A DNA stretch of 64,000 nucleotides from Acetobacteraceae bacterium (lineage in GTDB: Bacteria; Pseudomonadota; Alphaproteobacteria; Acetobacterales; Acetobacteraceae), in NCBI GenBank assembly GCA_965260995.1, contig CBDHCD010000003.1, positions 1,807,959-1,871,958 of the forward strand, read 5' to 3'. Below, in pieces: positions 27,849 through 37,289 of the stretch. Both the position numbers and the translations under genes were made by a program. The notes beneath the pieces were generated by a model. It did no database searches. It worked only from the letters and a program-made list of their open reading frames with translations, and was not told where the DNA came from. Each line of letters begins with the position of its first letter. The first letter of the stretch is position 1.

Positions 27849-29183
27849 TTAGTGCGCCGCGACGGTGTTGGAGTGGGCCGGGGCGGCATTCTGCCCTGAG
27901 TTGGCCGAGGCCGCGGGCTCGACGATCAGGATGGCGCGGAAGTCGTTGACGTTGGTGCGGGTTGGGCCGGTCAGGACTAGGTCGCCGAGGGCGGAGAACA
28001 CGCCGTAGCCGTCGTTGTCGGCGAGGCGCTCGCGAGGACTGATATTCCGGGCGCGGGCGCGGGCGAGGCTGTCGGGGGCGAGCAGCGCCCCGGCGTTGTC
28101 CTCGGTGCCGTCGATGCCGTCGGTGTCGCAGGCGATGGCGTGAATGCCGGGATGACCGTCGAGCGCGACGGCGAGGGCGAGGAGGAACTCGGCGTTGCGG
28201 CCGCCCCTGCCCTGCCCGCGGACGGTGACGGTGGTCTCGCCGCCGGAGATCAGCACGCAGGGAGGGGCAGCAGGCTGGCCGTGGGCGGCGCAGTGCCGGG
28301 CCATGGCGGCCATGACGCGGGCGACTTCGGCCGCCTCGCCTTCGATGGCGTCACCGAGGATGAGGGGGGTGAGGCCCTCGGCGCGGGCGACGGCGGCGGC
28401 GGCTTCGAGGGCGGCGTTGGGGGTGGCAATCATCACCGTGCTGGTGCAGGCGAAGGCTGGATCGCCCGGCTTGGGCGTTTCGGCGGCGGGGTCCCGCAAC
28501 CAGGCAGCGACCGACGCGGGCGGCTCAATTCCGTAGCGGGCCAGCACGGCGCGGGCGTCGGCCAGGGTGGTGGCGTCGGGCACGGTCGGGCCGGAGCCGA
28601 TGACGGAGGGATCATCGCCGGGAACGTCGGAAATCATCAGGGTGACCACGGCAGCAGGGCTGGCGGCGGCGGCGAGGCGGCCCCCTTTGATGGCGGAGAG
28701 GTGCTTGCGGACGCAGTTCATGTCCTGAATGCCCGCGCCGCTGCGCAGAAGGGCGCGGTTGACCGCCTGCTTGGCGGCGAGATCGACGCCGCCGGCGGGC
28801 AAGGCGAGGAGGGCGGACGCGCCACCGGACATGAGGCAGAGCACGAGATCGTCCGCCCCGAGGCCACTGACCGTGCCGAGCATCCGCGCCGCCGCCTTCT
28901 GCCCGGCGTCGTCGGGCACCGGGTGGCTGGCCTCCACCACCTCGATGCGCGGCAGCGGTCCGACGCCATGGCCGTAGCGCGTGACCACCAAGCCGGACAG
29001 CGGCTTGTCCTGCGGCCAGTGGGCCTCGACCGCCTGGGCCATGGCCGCGCCCGCCTTGCCCGCGCCGACCACCACCGTGCGACCCTTGGGGGGCGCGGGC
29101 AAATGGGGCGGCAGGCAATGCCCAGGGGCCGCCGCCTCGACGGCCGCTTGGAACATGCGCCGCAAGATGGCGAGGTAGGCCAC
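27849..29183 (-). CDS. ttuD: Glycerate 2-kinase (DUF4147 + MOFRL, TtuD/GckA type)
   Basis: 444 aa. Contains 'VVGAGKAGAAMAQAVE', 'ISGGETTVTVRGQGRGGRNAEFLLALA' and 'DTDGIDGTEDNAGA'. Confidence 0.9.
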   Translation of the reverse strand: MAYLAILRRMFQAAVEAAAPGHCLPPHLPAPPKGRTVVVGAGKAGAAMAQAVEAHWPQDKPLSGLVVTRYGHGVGPLPRIEVVEASHPVPDDAGQKAAARMLGTVSGLGADDLVLCLMSGGASALLALPAGGVDLAAKQAVNRALLRSGAGIQDMNCVRKHLSAIKGGRLAAAASPAAVVTLMISDVPGDDPSVIGSGPTVPDATTLADARAVLARYGIEPPASVAAWLRDPAAETPKPGDPAFACTSTVMIATPNAALEAAAAVARAEGLTPLILGDAIEGEAAEVARVMAAMARHCAAHGQPAAPPCVLISGGETTVTVRGQGRGGRNAEFLLALAVALDGHPGIHAIACDTDGIDGTEDNAGALLAPDSLARARARNISPRERLADNDGYGVFSALGDLVLTGPTRTNVNDFRAILIVEPAASANSGQNAAPAHSNTVAAH

Positions 29184-29192
29184 GGCGAGTGG

Positions 29193-30104
29193 CTACTCGG
29201 CGGCGGCCTTGACCGGGACCGGCTGGCCGATCTCGTGGTGGGCCAGCATCTCCAGCACGCGGACCATGCCCGAGTGGTCCCAAGCCGAGCCGCCGGCAGC
29301 CGCGGCGGCGTTGAACAGCTCTTGGCAGGTGGCGGTGTTGGGCAGGCTGAGACCGAGGGACTTGGCGCCTTGCAGGGCGAGGTTGAGGTCTTTCTGATGC
29401 AGCTCGATGCGGAAGCCAGGGGCGAAGTTGCGCTTGACCATGCGCTCGCCGTGGATTTCGAGGATGCGCGAGTTGGCGAAGCCGCCCATCAGCGCCGTGC
29501 GGACGCGGGCCGGGTCGGCGCCGGCCTTGGACGCGAACAGCAGGGCCTCGCCGACGGCTTCGATGGTGAGCGCCACGATGATCTGGTTGGCGACCTTGGT
29601 GGTCTGGCCGTCACCGTTCTCGCCGACGAGGGTGATGTTCTTGCCCATCAGCTTGAACAACGGCTCCACGGCGTCGAACGCCTTTTGCGGGCCACCGACC
29701 ATGATGGTGAGGCTGGCAGCCTTGGCGCCGACGTCGCCACCGGACACCGGGGCGTCGAGGTAGTCGCAACCGTGCTCGTTGACGCGGGCTGCGAAGTCCT
29801 TGGTGGCGATGGGCGAGATGGAGCTCATGTCGACGACGATCTTGCCATCTGACAGGCCATCCTCGACGCCGTTCTCGCCGAACAGGGCGGCTTCGACGTG
29901 ATGGGTGTCGGGAACCATGGTGATGATGATGTCGGCGTGCTGCGCCACCTCTTTGCCGCTGGCGCACTTGGTCGCGCCTTGGTCGATCAGCTCCTTGGGC
30001 ACGGGCGCGATGTCGTGCAGGAACAGGGTGTGGCCGCCGGCGATGAGGTGCCCCGCCATGGGCTTGCCCATGATGCCGAGGCCGATGAATCCGATGTTGC
30101 TCAT
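29193..30104 (-). CDS. glxR: 2-hydroxy-3-oxopropionate (tartronate semialdehyde) reductase
   Basis: 'IGFIGLGIMGKPMAGHL' Rossmann motif and a 3-hydroxyisobutyrate-dehydrogenase-type fold. I chose ATG 30104, with AAGGA 8 nt upstream (alternative ATG 30113). The track ORF extends to 30236. Confidence 0.9.
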   Translation of the reverse strand: MSNIGFIGLGIMGKPMAGHLIAGGHTLFLHDIAPVPKELIDQGATKCASGKEVAQHADIIITMVPDTHHVEAALFGENGVEDGLSDGKIVVDMSSISPIATKDFAARVNEHGCDYLDAPVSGGDVGAKAASLTIMVGGPQKAFDAVEPLFKLMGKNITLVGENGDGQTTKVANQIIVALTIEAVGEALLFASKAGADPARVRTALMGGFANSRILEIHGERMVKRNFAPGFRIELHQKDLNLALQGAKSLGLSLPNTATCQELFNAAAAAGGSAWDHSGMVRVLEMLAHHEIGQPVPVKAAAE

Positions 30105-30136
30105 GAATGCCATCCTTGTCTCAGGCAGGGTTGGTC

Positions 30137-30949
30137 TCAGGCAGGGGTGGCGAGGGCGTCCGCGCCGGAACCGGCCCGTTGCCGCCGGAACCAGGTGAGA
30201 CCGGCGGCCGTCTCCGCCGCCGGCTTGTACTCGCAACCGATCCAGCCGGTGTAGCCCAGTCGGTCCAGGCGCTGGAAGATGAACGGATAATTGATTTCGC
30301 CAGTGCCAGGCTCGTGGCGGCCGGGATTGTCGGCGAGCTGGAAGTGGCCGATCCGATCGAAGTTGGCCTCGATCGTCGGTAGTAAGTTCCCTTCCATCAC
30401 CTGCGCGTGATAGATGTCGTACTGCAACTTGAGGTTGCCGGAGCCGACCTGGTCGAGGATGGCAAGGCCCTGCGCGGTGCGGCTGACGAAGAAGCCGGGC
30501 ACGTCGCGAGTGTTGACGGGTTCGAGCAACAGCTGAATGCCCTGCTTTTCCAGCTCGGCCGCGGCGAAGCCGAGGTTGGCGACGAGCGTCTCCTGGGCCA
30601 CATCCTCGGTGACGCCCTGCGGCGGAATGCCGGCGAGGCAGTTGAGCTTGGGGCAGTTCAGGGCTGTGGCGTAGTCGATGGCGCGGGCCACGCCGGCGCG
30701 GAACTCGGCGATGCGGTCGGGCAGGCAGGCGATGCCGCGCTCACCCCCGGCCCAGTCGCCGCTCGGCAGGTTGTGCAGGGCGAGCTTGAGGCCGTTGCGC
30801 TGCAAGGCGTGCGCCACCTCGTGCTTGTCGAAATCATACGGGAACAGGAACTCGACGGCGTCGAACCCGGCACTCTTCGCGGCGTCGAACCGCTCGAGGA
30901 ATGGGACCTCGGTGAACAGCATCGTCAAGTTGGCGGCGAACTTCGGCAT
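30137..30949 (-). CDS. hyi: Hydroxypyruvate isomerase
   Basis: 270 aa, 'MPKFAANLTMLFTEVPFLERFDAAKSAGFDAVEFLFPY', TIM-barrel Hyi family. RBS is CAGGAGA. Confidence 0.93.
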   Translation of the reverse strand: MPKFAANLTMLFTEVPFLERFDAAKSAGFDAVEFLFPYDFDKHEVAHALQRNGLKLALHNLPSGDWAGGERGIACLPDRIAEFRAGVARAIDYATALNCPKLNCLAGIPPQGVTEDVAQETLVANLGFAAAELEKQGIQLLLEPVNTRDVPGFFVSRTAQGLAILDQVGSGNLKLQYDIYHAQVMEGNLLPTIEANFDRIGHFQLADNPGRHEPGTGEINYPFIFQRLDRLGYTGWIGCEYKPAAETAAGLTWFRRQRAGSGADALATPA

Positions 30950-31036
30950 GGAGTTCTCCTGTGGCGACCCGTCGAAGATCGTCGACTGGTCAGTGGCGGC
31001 CGGGCCTCCCTGGGCCTATCCGTGCCCAGCGACGGA

Positions 31037-32866
31037 TCAGCGCGAGGCCGGTTCCAACACCTTGCCCGGCTCCGCGGCGCCCATCTCCTGGCTCTTGCGC
31101 AAGGAAAGCGTCGGGTCGAGGCACAGCACCTCCTCGAACTCGTTGACGCTGTCGACCTCGGTGCCCATGGAAATGTTCGTCACCCGCTCGAGAATGAACT
31201 CGAGCACCACTGGCACCTGGTGCTCCTCCATCAGCTTCTCGGCCCGGGCGAAGGCGTCCTTGAACTCGTTCGGGCTTTTCACCCGGATCGCCTTGCAGCC
31301 GAGGCCTTCCGCCACCGCTACGTGATCGACGCCGTAGCCGGCCGGCGCGTCGCCGTCCGGGCCGGTGTTGATGTTGTCGAAGGCGAGGCTGACCTCGAAA
31401 TCCATTTGAAAGCCGCGCTGCGCCTGGCGGATCAGGCCGAGGTAGGAGTTATTCACCACCACGTGGAGGTAAGGCAGCTTGTGCTGCGCGCCGACGGCCA
31501 ACTCCTCGATCAGGAACTGGAAATCGTAGTCGCCGGACAGGGCCACGATCTTCTTGTCCGGGCAGGCGGCGCGGACGCCGAGGGCGGCGGGCAAGGTCCA
31601 GCCGAGCGGCCCGGCCTGGCCGCAGTTGATCCAGTTGCGCGGCTCGTACACGTGCAGGAACTGCGCCCCGGCGATCTGCGACAGGCCGATCGTGGTGACG
31701 TAGCAAGTGTCGCGCTCGAACACCTCGTTCATCTCCTGATAGACCCGCTGCGGCTTCAGCGGCACGGCGTCGAAGTGGCTGCGGCGCAGCATGTTCTGCT
31801 TGCGGTGCAGGCAGGACGCGGCCCAGCCGCTCCAGTCGCGCAGCGTGCCGGCCGCCTTCATCTCGCGGGCGACTTCGATGAACGCCCGGAGCGCGGCGCC
31901 CGCGTCGGAGACGATGCCGAGGTCGGGGCCGAACACGCGGCCGATCTGCGTCGGTTCGACGTCGACGTGGATGAACTTGCGGCCGCGGGTGTAGATCTCC
32001 ACCGAGCCGGTGTGACGGTTGGCCCAGCGATTGCCGATGCCGAACACGAAGTCGCTCTCTAGGAAGGTGGCGTTGCCGTAGCGGTGGCTGGTCTGCAGGC
32101 CGACCATGCCGGCCATCAGGTCGTGGTCGTCCGGGATCGTGCCCCAGCCCATGAGCGTCGGGATCACGGGGACGCCGGTCAACTCAGCGAACTCGACCAG
32201 CAGCTCGGACGCGCCGGCGTTGATGATGCCGCCGCCGGAAACGATCAGCGGGCGCTCGGCCTTGTTGAGCATGGCCATCGCGCGTTCCGCCTGCTTGCGA
32301 GTGGCGACCGGCTTGTAGGGCGGCAGGCTCTCGTAGCTCTCGACGTCGAACTCGATCTCCGCCATCTGCACGTCGATCGGCAGGTCGATCAGCACTGGGC
32401 CGGGACGGCTGGAGCGCATGACGTGGAAGGCGTGCTGGAACACGCCGGGGATCAGCGCCGGCTCGCGCACGCAGATGGACCATTTGGTGACGGGCTTGGA
32501 GATCGACTCGATGTCGACCGCCTGGAAATCTTCCTTGTACAGCTTGGCGCGCGGCGCTTGGCCGGTGATGCAGAGGATTGGGATGCTGTCGGCCTGTGCG
32601 GAGTAGAGGCCGGTGATCATGTCGGTGCCGGCTGGGCCGGAGGTGCCGATGCAGACGCCGATGTTTCCGTGCTTGGCGCGGGTGTAGCCCTCGGCCATGT
32701 GCGACGCGCCCTCGACGTGGCGCGCCAAGATATGACGGACCCCGCCGTGCGACTTGAGAGCGGCGTAGAGCGGGTTGATGGCGGCGCCGGGCACGCCGAA
32801 GGCGGTGGTGACCCCTTCCCGTTCGAGAATGTGGACCGCCGCCTCGATCGCTTTCATCCTGGCCAT
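31037..32866 (-). CDS. gcl: Glyoxylate carboligase (tartronate-semialdehyde synthase)
   Basis: ThDP enzyme. Contains '[34 protein letters not shown]' and '[37 protein letters not shown]'. I chose the internal ATG 32866. Confidence 0.93.
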   Translation of the reverse strand: MARMKAIEAAVHILEREGVTTAFGVPGAAINPLYAALKSHGGVRHILARHVEGASHMAEGYTRAKHGNIGVCIGTSGPAGTDMITGLYSAQADSIPILCITGQAPRAKLYKEDFQAVDIESISKPVTKWSICVREPALIPGVFQHAFHVMRSSRPGPVLIDLPIDVQMAEIEFDVESYESLPPYKPVATRKQAERAMAMLNKAERPLIVSGGGIINAGASELLVEFAELTGVPVIPTLMGWGTIPDDHDLMAGMVGLQTSHRYGNATFLESDFVFGIGNRWANRHTGSVEIYTRGRKFIHVDVEPTQIGRVFGPDLGIVSDAGAALRAFIEVAREMKAAGTLRDWSGWAASCLHRKQNMLRRSHFDAVPLKPQRVYQEMNEVFERDTCYVTTIGLSQIAGAQFLHVYEPRNWINCGQAGPLGWTLPAALGVRAACPDKKIVALSGDYDFQFLIEELAVGAQHKLPYLHVVVNNSYLGLIRQAQRGFQMDFEVSLAFDNINTGPDGDAPAGYGVDHVAVAEGLGCKAIRVKSPNEFKDAFARAEKLMEEHQVPVVLEFILERVTNISMGTEVDSVNEFEEVLCLDPTLSLRKSQEMGAAEPGKVLEPASR

Positions 32867-33067
32867 CGCCGACCTCCCGTCGTCTGTTCGTGTTGAGCGC
32901 AACATCGTGGAGACCGGGAGATTTTACCAGCGATATTAGAAAGCTTCCCGCGATGTGGGAACGAGACTGCTTTCCATTAGTGAAGCAGAGACTTGCGAGT
33001 TTGCAGAATCCAGCGTCTCTGTTCGAGGACGTTATCGCGCCCGTCGCTGTCAAATCCGGAGCAGCCT

Positions 33068-33925
33068 ATGCCCGTTCCCCGCGCCAACCCGGTGCCGAAG
33101 CTGGTCCGCGCCAAACCGCCGGTCCAACGCCTGTCCGTCAAGCGGTCCGATCAGGTTCAATCGCTGGTCCGCGCGCTGACGATCCTGAACCGCCTCGCGG
33201 GTTCGGACGAGGGGATCACCTTGACCGAAGTGGCGCAGCAGATCGGCTTGTCGTCATCCACCGTGCATCGCCTGCTGACCACGCTCGAACAGGAGCGTTA
33301 CGCCCGGTTCGACGCCGAGCGGCGGCTATGGTCCGTCGGCGTGCAGGCGTTCGTCGCCGGCAGCGGGTTCCTTAAGGTGCGCGGCCTGGTCGCCACGGCC
33401 CGGCCGCAGATGCGCGCCCTGATGGAGGAGAGCGAGGAGACCGTGAACCTCGCCGTCGAGGACCAGGCGGAAGCGATTTACCTGTCGCAAGTCGAGTGCC
33501 GCCAGATGATGCGAGCCTTCGCCCGGCCCGGCGGACGCGTGCCGCTGCATTGCTCGAGCGTTGGCAAGGCGCTGCTGTCGGCGATGCCGGTCAGTGACGT
33601 GGCCCGCGCGCTGCACCGTCACGGCCTGGTGCGGGTCACGCTCAAGACGATCACCACGACGGCCTCGCTTCACGAGGATCTCGCGATCGCCCGCGCCCGC
33701 GGCTACGCGATCGACGACGAGGAGCACGCGGTCGGGTTGCGCTGCATCGCCGCCGTGGTGTTCAACGAGAACGCCGATCAGGTGGCCGCGATCTCGCTCT
33801 CGGGGCCGATGGCGCGCATCCCGGACGAACGCATCCCAGTGCTCGGCGACTTGGTTCGCCGCAAGGCGGACGCCGTCACCGCCCAGATGGGCGGTGTGCT
33901 GCCGGGCTGGCGGATGCCCAGATGA
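33068..33925 (+). CDS. IclR family transcriptional regulator, divergent from gcl
   Basis: 'VQSLVRALTILNRLAGSDEGITLTEVAQQIGLSSSTVHRLLTTLEQERY' HTH plus an IclR effector domain. I chose ATG 33068, with GGAG 7 nt upstream. Confidence 0.9.
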   Translation: MPVPRANPVPKLVRAKPPVQRLSVKRSDQVQSLVRALTILNRLAGSDEGITLTEVAQQIGLSSSTVHRLLTTLEQERYARFDAERRLWSVGVQAFVAGSGFLKVRGLVATARPQMRALMEESEETVNLAVEDQAEAIYLSQVECRQMMRAFARPGGRVPLHCSSVGKALLSAMPVSDVARALHRHGLVRVTLKTITTTASLHEDLAIARARGYAIDDEEHAVGLRCIAAVVFNENADQVAAISLSGPMARIPDERIPVLGDLVRRKADAVTAQMGGVLPGWRMPR

Positions 33926-33977
33926 TTATCCGAGCCATTGCGGACTCCGGATCGTGCCATCGAAGTGGTGCGACACC

Positions 33978-34310
33978 TTAACAGTGTTCGACATGACTGT
34001 CCGTGGCGGCGGCGGTGATTTTGGCCAGTAAGCCAGCGCGCCGCTCGGGGGTGAGCGGCTGGCCTATGCGGGCAGCTTCGAACGGTTGCCGCGGCACGGA
34101 CCTCCTATCGATTCCCAGGATCTGAGAATTGGTAATTAGGCCCAGGAAGTAGCGCGGCACCTTCACCGGCGTCGCGACATCGCTTTCCAGAATGAACGAG
34201 TCACCGAAGGTATTCCATGCCCAGCACCGTGGTGCGGTGGGCGACGGGGAGCGGCAATGTGCCCTGTTCGAAACAGTGCGCGGCCGTGAGTTCGGTGGCC
34301 AACGCTTCAT
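33978..34310 (-). CDS. Hypothetical ORF, possibly the downstream half of a frameshifted gene relic
   Basis: 110-aa ORF. Only its C-terminal ~75 codons look coding-like. An adjacent frame upstream reads '...GGGTIEGAVINEALATELTAAHCFEQGTLPLPVAHRTTVLGMEYLR*'. I recognise no family. Confidence 0.2.
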   Translation of the reverse strand: MKRWPPNSRPRTVSNRAHCRSPSPTAPRCWAWNTFGDSFILESDVATPVKVPRYFLGLITNSQILGIDRRSVPRQPFEAARIGQPLTPERRAGLLAKITAAATDSHVEHC

Positions 34311-34361
34311 TGATCACCGCGCCCTCGATTGTCCCGCCGCCCAAACAGATCGTCGTGCCGC

Positions 34362-34934
34362 TCAGCTCTGCCGCTCCAGCTTCTTGCCGATGTCCTCATG
34401 CTTGGCATCGACCGACTGCATATGCTCGGCGAAACCCTTGATCGCGGCGTCCTGGGTATGACCGATCTCTTTCCGCAAGCTGGTCTTGTCTTCCTTGTTG
34501 ATCCTGGTGACCTCGCTCAAATATGCCTGGTCGAATTTCGGGCCGCTCAAGGCGTTCAGCCGATCGATCTTGGCTTGCTGCTGATGCGTCATCCCGGTCG
34601 GCAATTGCAGGCCTTTCTGGTCAGCCAGCTGATGCAGGGAGGCGTTCATCTGCTGATGGTCGTCAACGATCGTCCGGGCATATTCCTTGAGATCAGTCCG
34701 GGTCGCCTTCTGCTCGGCCAGCTTCGCCAGCGTCAATTCGTAATCAGCACCCTGCGCGACATGCTCCAAGAAGCTCTTGTCGGTCGAGGACAGGGCGCCG
34801 CCGCCCCGAGTGGCGCTGGACTTAGCGGCCGGGCTGGTGGGCGCTGCCTGTCCGCCCGTGGCCGACTGAGCGTGTGCCCCACTCATGATGAGGAGCGTGG
34901 CCGTGATGGGAGCGACGAGGATGGTGAGCCGCAT
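34362..34934 (-). CDS. Secreted DUF4142 domain protein
   Basis: Signal peptide 'MRLTILVAPITATLLIMSGAHA', then 'DKSFLEHVAQGADYELTLAKLAEQKATRTDLKEYARTIVDDHQQMNASLHQLADQKGLQLP...FDQAYLSEV', the DUF4142 pattern. Confidence 0.8.
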   Translation of the reverse strand: MRLTILVAPITATLLIMSGAHAQSATGGQAAPTSPAAKSSATRGGGALSSTDKSFLEHVAQGADYELTLAKLAEQKATRTDLKEYARTIVDDHQQMNASLHQLADQKGLQLPTGMTHQQQAKIDRLNALSGPKFDQAYLSEVTRINKEDKTSLRKEIGHTQDAAIKGFAEHMQSVDAKHEDIGKKLERQS

Positions 34935-35826
34935 GGGATGGTCTCCGTTGATGAGCTTTGAGACAAGTTGGAACGTCTCGCGGCGCTAAGCGCGCCAGGC
35001 GGACGAGAGTGGCATCACAGCCGTGGCATCGCCGCGCCGATCTCCCCGGCATGGCTGTGCCTGGTTGCGGCACGCCCCTGAACCCATGCCCGTCCGACTG
35101 CTTCATGACTGAGCCTTGGTCTCAGTGATCGGAATTAGTAACGATAATTGTAAATACCTTGGAAGCGGTAGGATGTTCACAAAGCTTCTGGCCAAGGCTC
35201 GGACATATCCTTGCAAGATCGACACTGTTGCGAAGGAATTCACCAGCGCGGCCGATCACGCCTGTCACATTGGATGCTTGTTATGGAAAAAAGTGCTGTA
35301 TTTCGCTTCGCCATGTCTTTGATAGGTTGACGGAGCAAGCCACCCAGAGTAGCGGGAACGTAGATAAGCGTCTCGGAGGCACGACAATGCAGCGTCGAAA
35401 ACCGAAGCTCTCGAACAGCAACCAGGTCGTAAGCCTCGTTTAACGACGCGCTTTCGCCGACCCGGTTCGTGTTCATTTCCTTTTCGTGAGCAGATTTCGG
35501 TTCAAGCACTAGCTGAACCAAGCATGTGAGTGCTGCGCAAGCAGTGCGGTCTGCTGTCTGCTCGTCGTATTCTCCGGTGCCGTGCCAGGCGATGTCTTGG
35601 CCCGCTGGTGCTTTCCTATAGGTTTGTTTCGATCAACAAACAGCTTGATCGGGCAACTTATCCTGCGCGGCCGTGGTGCCTTAGCTGGTGCTCCGGTGCC
35701 GTTGCGCGCAGGTCTTTACCCTTTTGTTGGAGAGCGCGATGTAGAAAAACCATGACCATTCCAAATCATATCTGTGGCGTAAATATAACGACTTCGAAAT
35801 ATTTATAACAATTTTTGACGGTGCAT

Positions 35827-37275
35827 ATGGCCAACACACCTTTTCCACTTGGCGTCAACGTCGGCGGCCCGAACGGCAGCGATCCGGCCGTGCAAGCCCA
35901 ATGGGATGTCCGGTTCAAGAGTTTCGTCGATACGTTGGGCGCGCAGCCCCAGTTCATGAATGCCTACCTTCCTGATTCCCACAGCATTTCCCAATGGGGC
36001 GGCGATGCCGGCTGGGTGTCCTGGTCTTGGGAGCAGTCGCCGCTGGCGCGCGGCCTGACCCCCGTCATCGGCCTGCCGCTCGGCACTCAAGCGGACAAGA
36101 GCAACCCCGGCGCCGTTTACCGCGATTTCGCCTCCGGCAAATACGACAGCGTCCTGCGCGACATCGTCAGCCAGTGGTCCAGCCACGGCTTCAAGGACCT
36201 CTATTTCCGTCCTGGCTACGAGTTCAACACGACCTACACCGCCTCCTACGCCGGCGACGACGCGCAGACCCGGTCGGATTGGCTGGCCGCGTTCAAGCAC
36301 GTCGCGGACGTGCTGCATTCCGCGCCGGGCGCCAATACCAAGATCATCTGGAACCCCAACGTCCAGAGCTGGAACGGCAGCCTCGACGTGAAGACGCTTT
36401 ACCCCGGCGACAAATACGTCGACCAGATCGGCGCGGATCTCTATGGGCCGGTTTACCCCGCCGACCTGTATGACTGGTCGAAGAACGACGGCAGCTTCAA
36501 CTCGAGCATCCAGGAATGGTCGTCCAAGCCGGCCAACCTCATCCACTACTGGAACTACCCGGACGCCAATTCCTATCACCCAACCGGCGATGGCCAGGGC
36601 AACCCGCTCAGCCTGCAGAGCCTGATCGACTTCGCCAAGGAGCATGGCAAGCCGCTGGCCATTCCGGAAACCGGCGCGGGCAGCGACGGCAGCCATGGGC
36701 CATACGACGACGGAACCTTCCCGCTGTGGATGTCCGACAAGCTGGCCAGCTCCGGCGTCAACGTCTCGATGGTCAACGTGTGGGACTTCAACGCCGGCGA
36801 CCACGACTGGACCTTCTCCGGCCCGGGCGCCAACCGACCGTCCGAGGCGGCGGCGTGGGGCAGGGCCTTCGGCGGCGGCGGCGGCTCGGCCCCGGTCACT
36901 GCGGCGTCCGAACCCGCGAGCAGCGCTCCCGTGACCGGCGATGGCGGCCAGACGCTCGTGCTCCACTTGTCCGAGGATAAGTTCCAAGGCGATGCGAGCT
37001 TCAGCGTCAGCGTGGACGGCAAAACCCTCGGCTCGGCTCAGGACGTGACCGCATCGCACGGCGCGGGCAAGAGCCAGGCGTTCGCCTTCACCGGCGTGCT
37101 CGGGTCCGGCGACCACGACATCGCGGTCTCGTTCCTCAACGACCGCTACGACGGCACGCCGAGCACCGACCGCAACCTCTACGTCGACTCCATCGACGTG
37201 GGCGACACGCAATACGGCTCGGCATCGGCCACGCTGTTGTCGGCGGAAACCCAGCACTTCTACCTGTCAGCCTAG
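35827..37275 (+). CDS. GH26-like (clan GH-A) glycoside hydrolase with a Gly/Ser/Ala linker and a C-terminal carbohydrate-binding-module-like domain
   Basis: 'LYFRPGYEFN' is a candidate acid/base Glu, 'YPGDKYVDQIGADLY' is a GH26 hallmark, and 'HGKPLAIPETGAG' is a candidate nucleophile Glu. The C-terminal 'LVLHLSEDKFQGDASFSVSVDGKTLG...FLNDRYDGTPSTDRNLYVDSIDV' looks CBM-like. I chose ATG 35827; the track ORF starts at TTG 35815. No signal peptide is visible. Confidence 0.75.
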   Translation: MANTPFPLGVNVGGPNGSDPAVQAQWDVRFKSFVDTLGAQPQFMNAYLPDSHSISQWGGDAGWVSWSWEQSPLARGLTPVIGLPLGTQADKSNPGAVYRDFASGKYDSVLRDIVSQWSSHGFKDLYFRPGYEFNTTYTASYAGDDAQTRSDWLAAFKHVADVLHSAPGANTKIIWNPNVQSWNGSLDVKTLYPGDKYVDQIGADLYGPVYPADLYDWSKNDGSFNSSIQEWSSKPANLIHYWNYPDANSYHPTGDGQGNPLSLQSLIDFAKEHGKPLAIPETGAGSDGSHGPYDDGTFPLWMSDKLASSGVNVSMVNVWDFNAGDHDWTFSGPGANRPSEAAAWGRAFGGGGGSAPVTAASEPASSAPVTGDGGQTLVLHLSEDKFQGDASFSVSVDGKTLGSAQDVTASHGAGKSQAFAFTGVLGSGDHDIAVSFLNDRYDGTPSTDRNLYVDSIDVGDTQYGSASATLLSAETQHFYLSA

Positions 37276-37289
37276 CGATCACGCTAGAA

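Noticed and set aside
32956-32976. TGGGAA-N9-TTTCCA inverted repeat in the gcl/iclR divergent region, considered as a candidate IclR operator
   Set aside because: Only 5 of 6 arm positions pair. It is a single occurrence and I cannot compare it with a validated motif, so it is too weak to list as a feature.
34190-34350. The 'GGGTIEGA' stretch, considered as an XdhC/CoxI-like accessory-protein motif
   Set aside because: The resemblance is limited to a Gly-rich hexapeptide and the flanking sequence does not follow the XdhC pattern I recall. I kept it only as an unassigned relic.
35240-35521. 93-aa minus-strand ORF inside the AT-rich island ('...NEAYDLVAVRELRFSTLHCRASETLIYVPATLGGLLRQ...'), the most protein-like ORF there
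   Set aside because: It has no start context, no recognisable family and atypical codon usage, and it overlaps other equally weak ORFs. It may be a fragment of acquired DNA, but I cannot support a CDS call.
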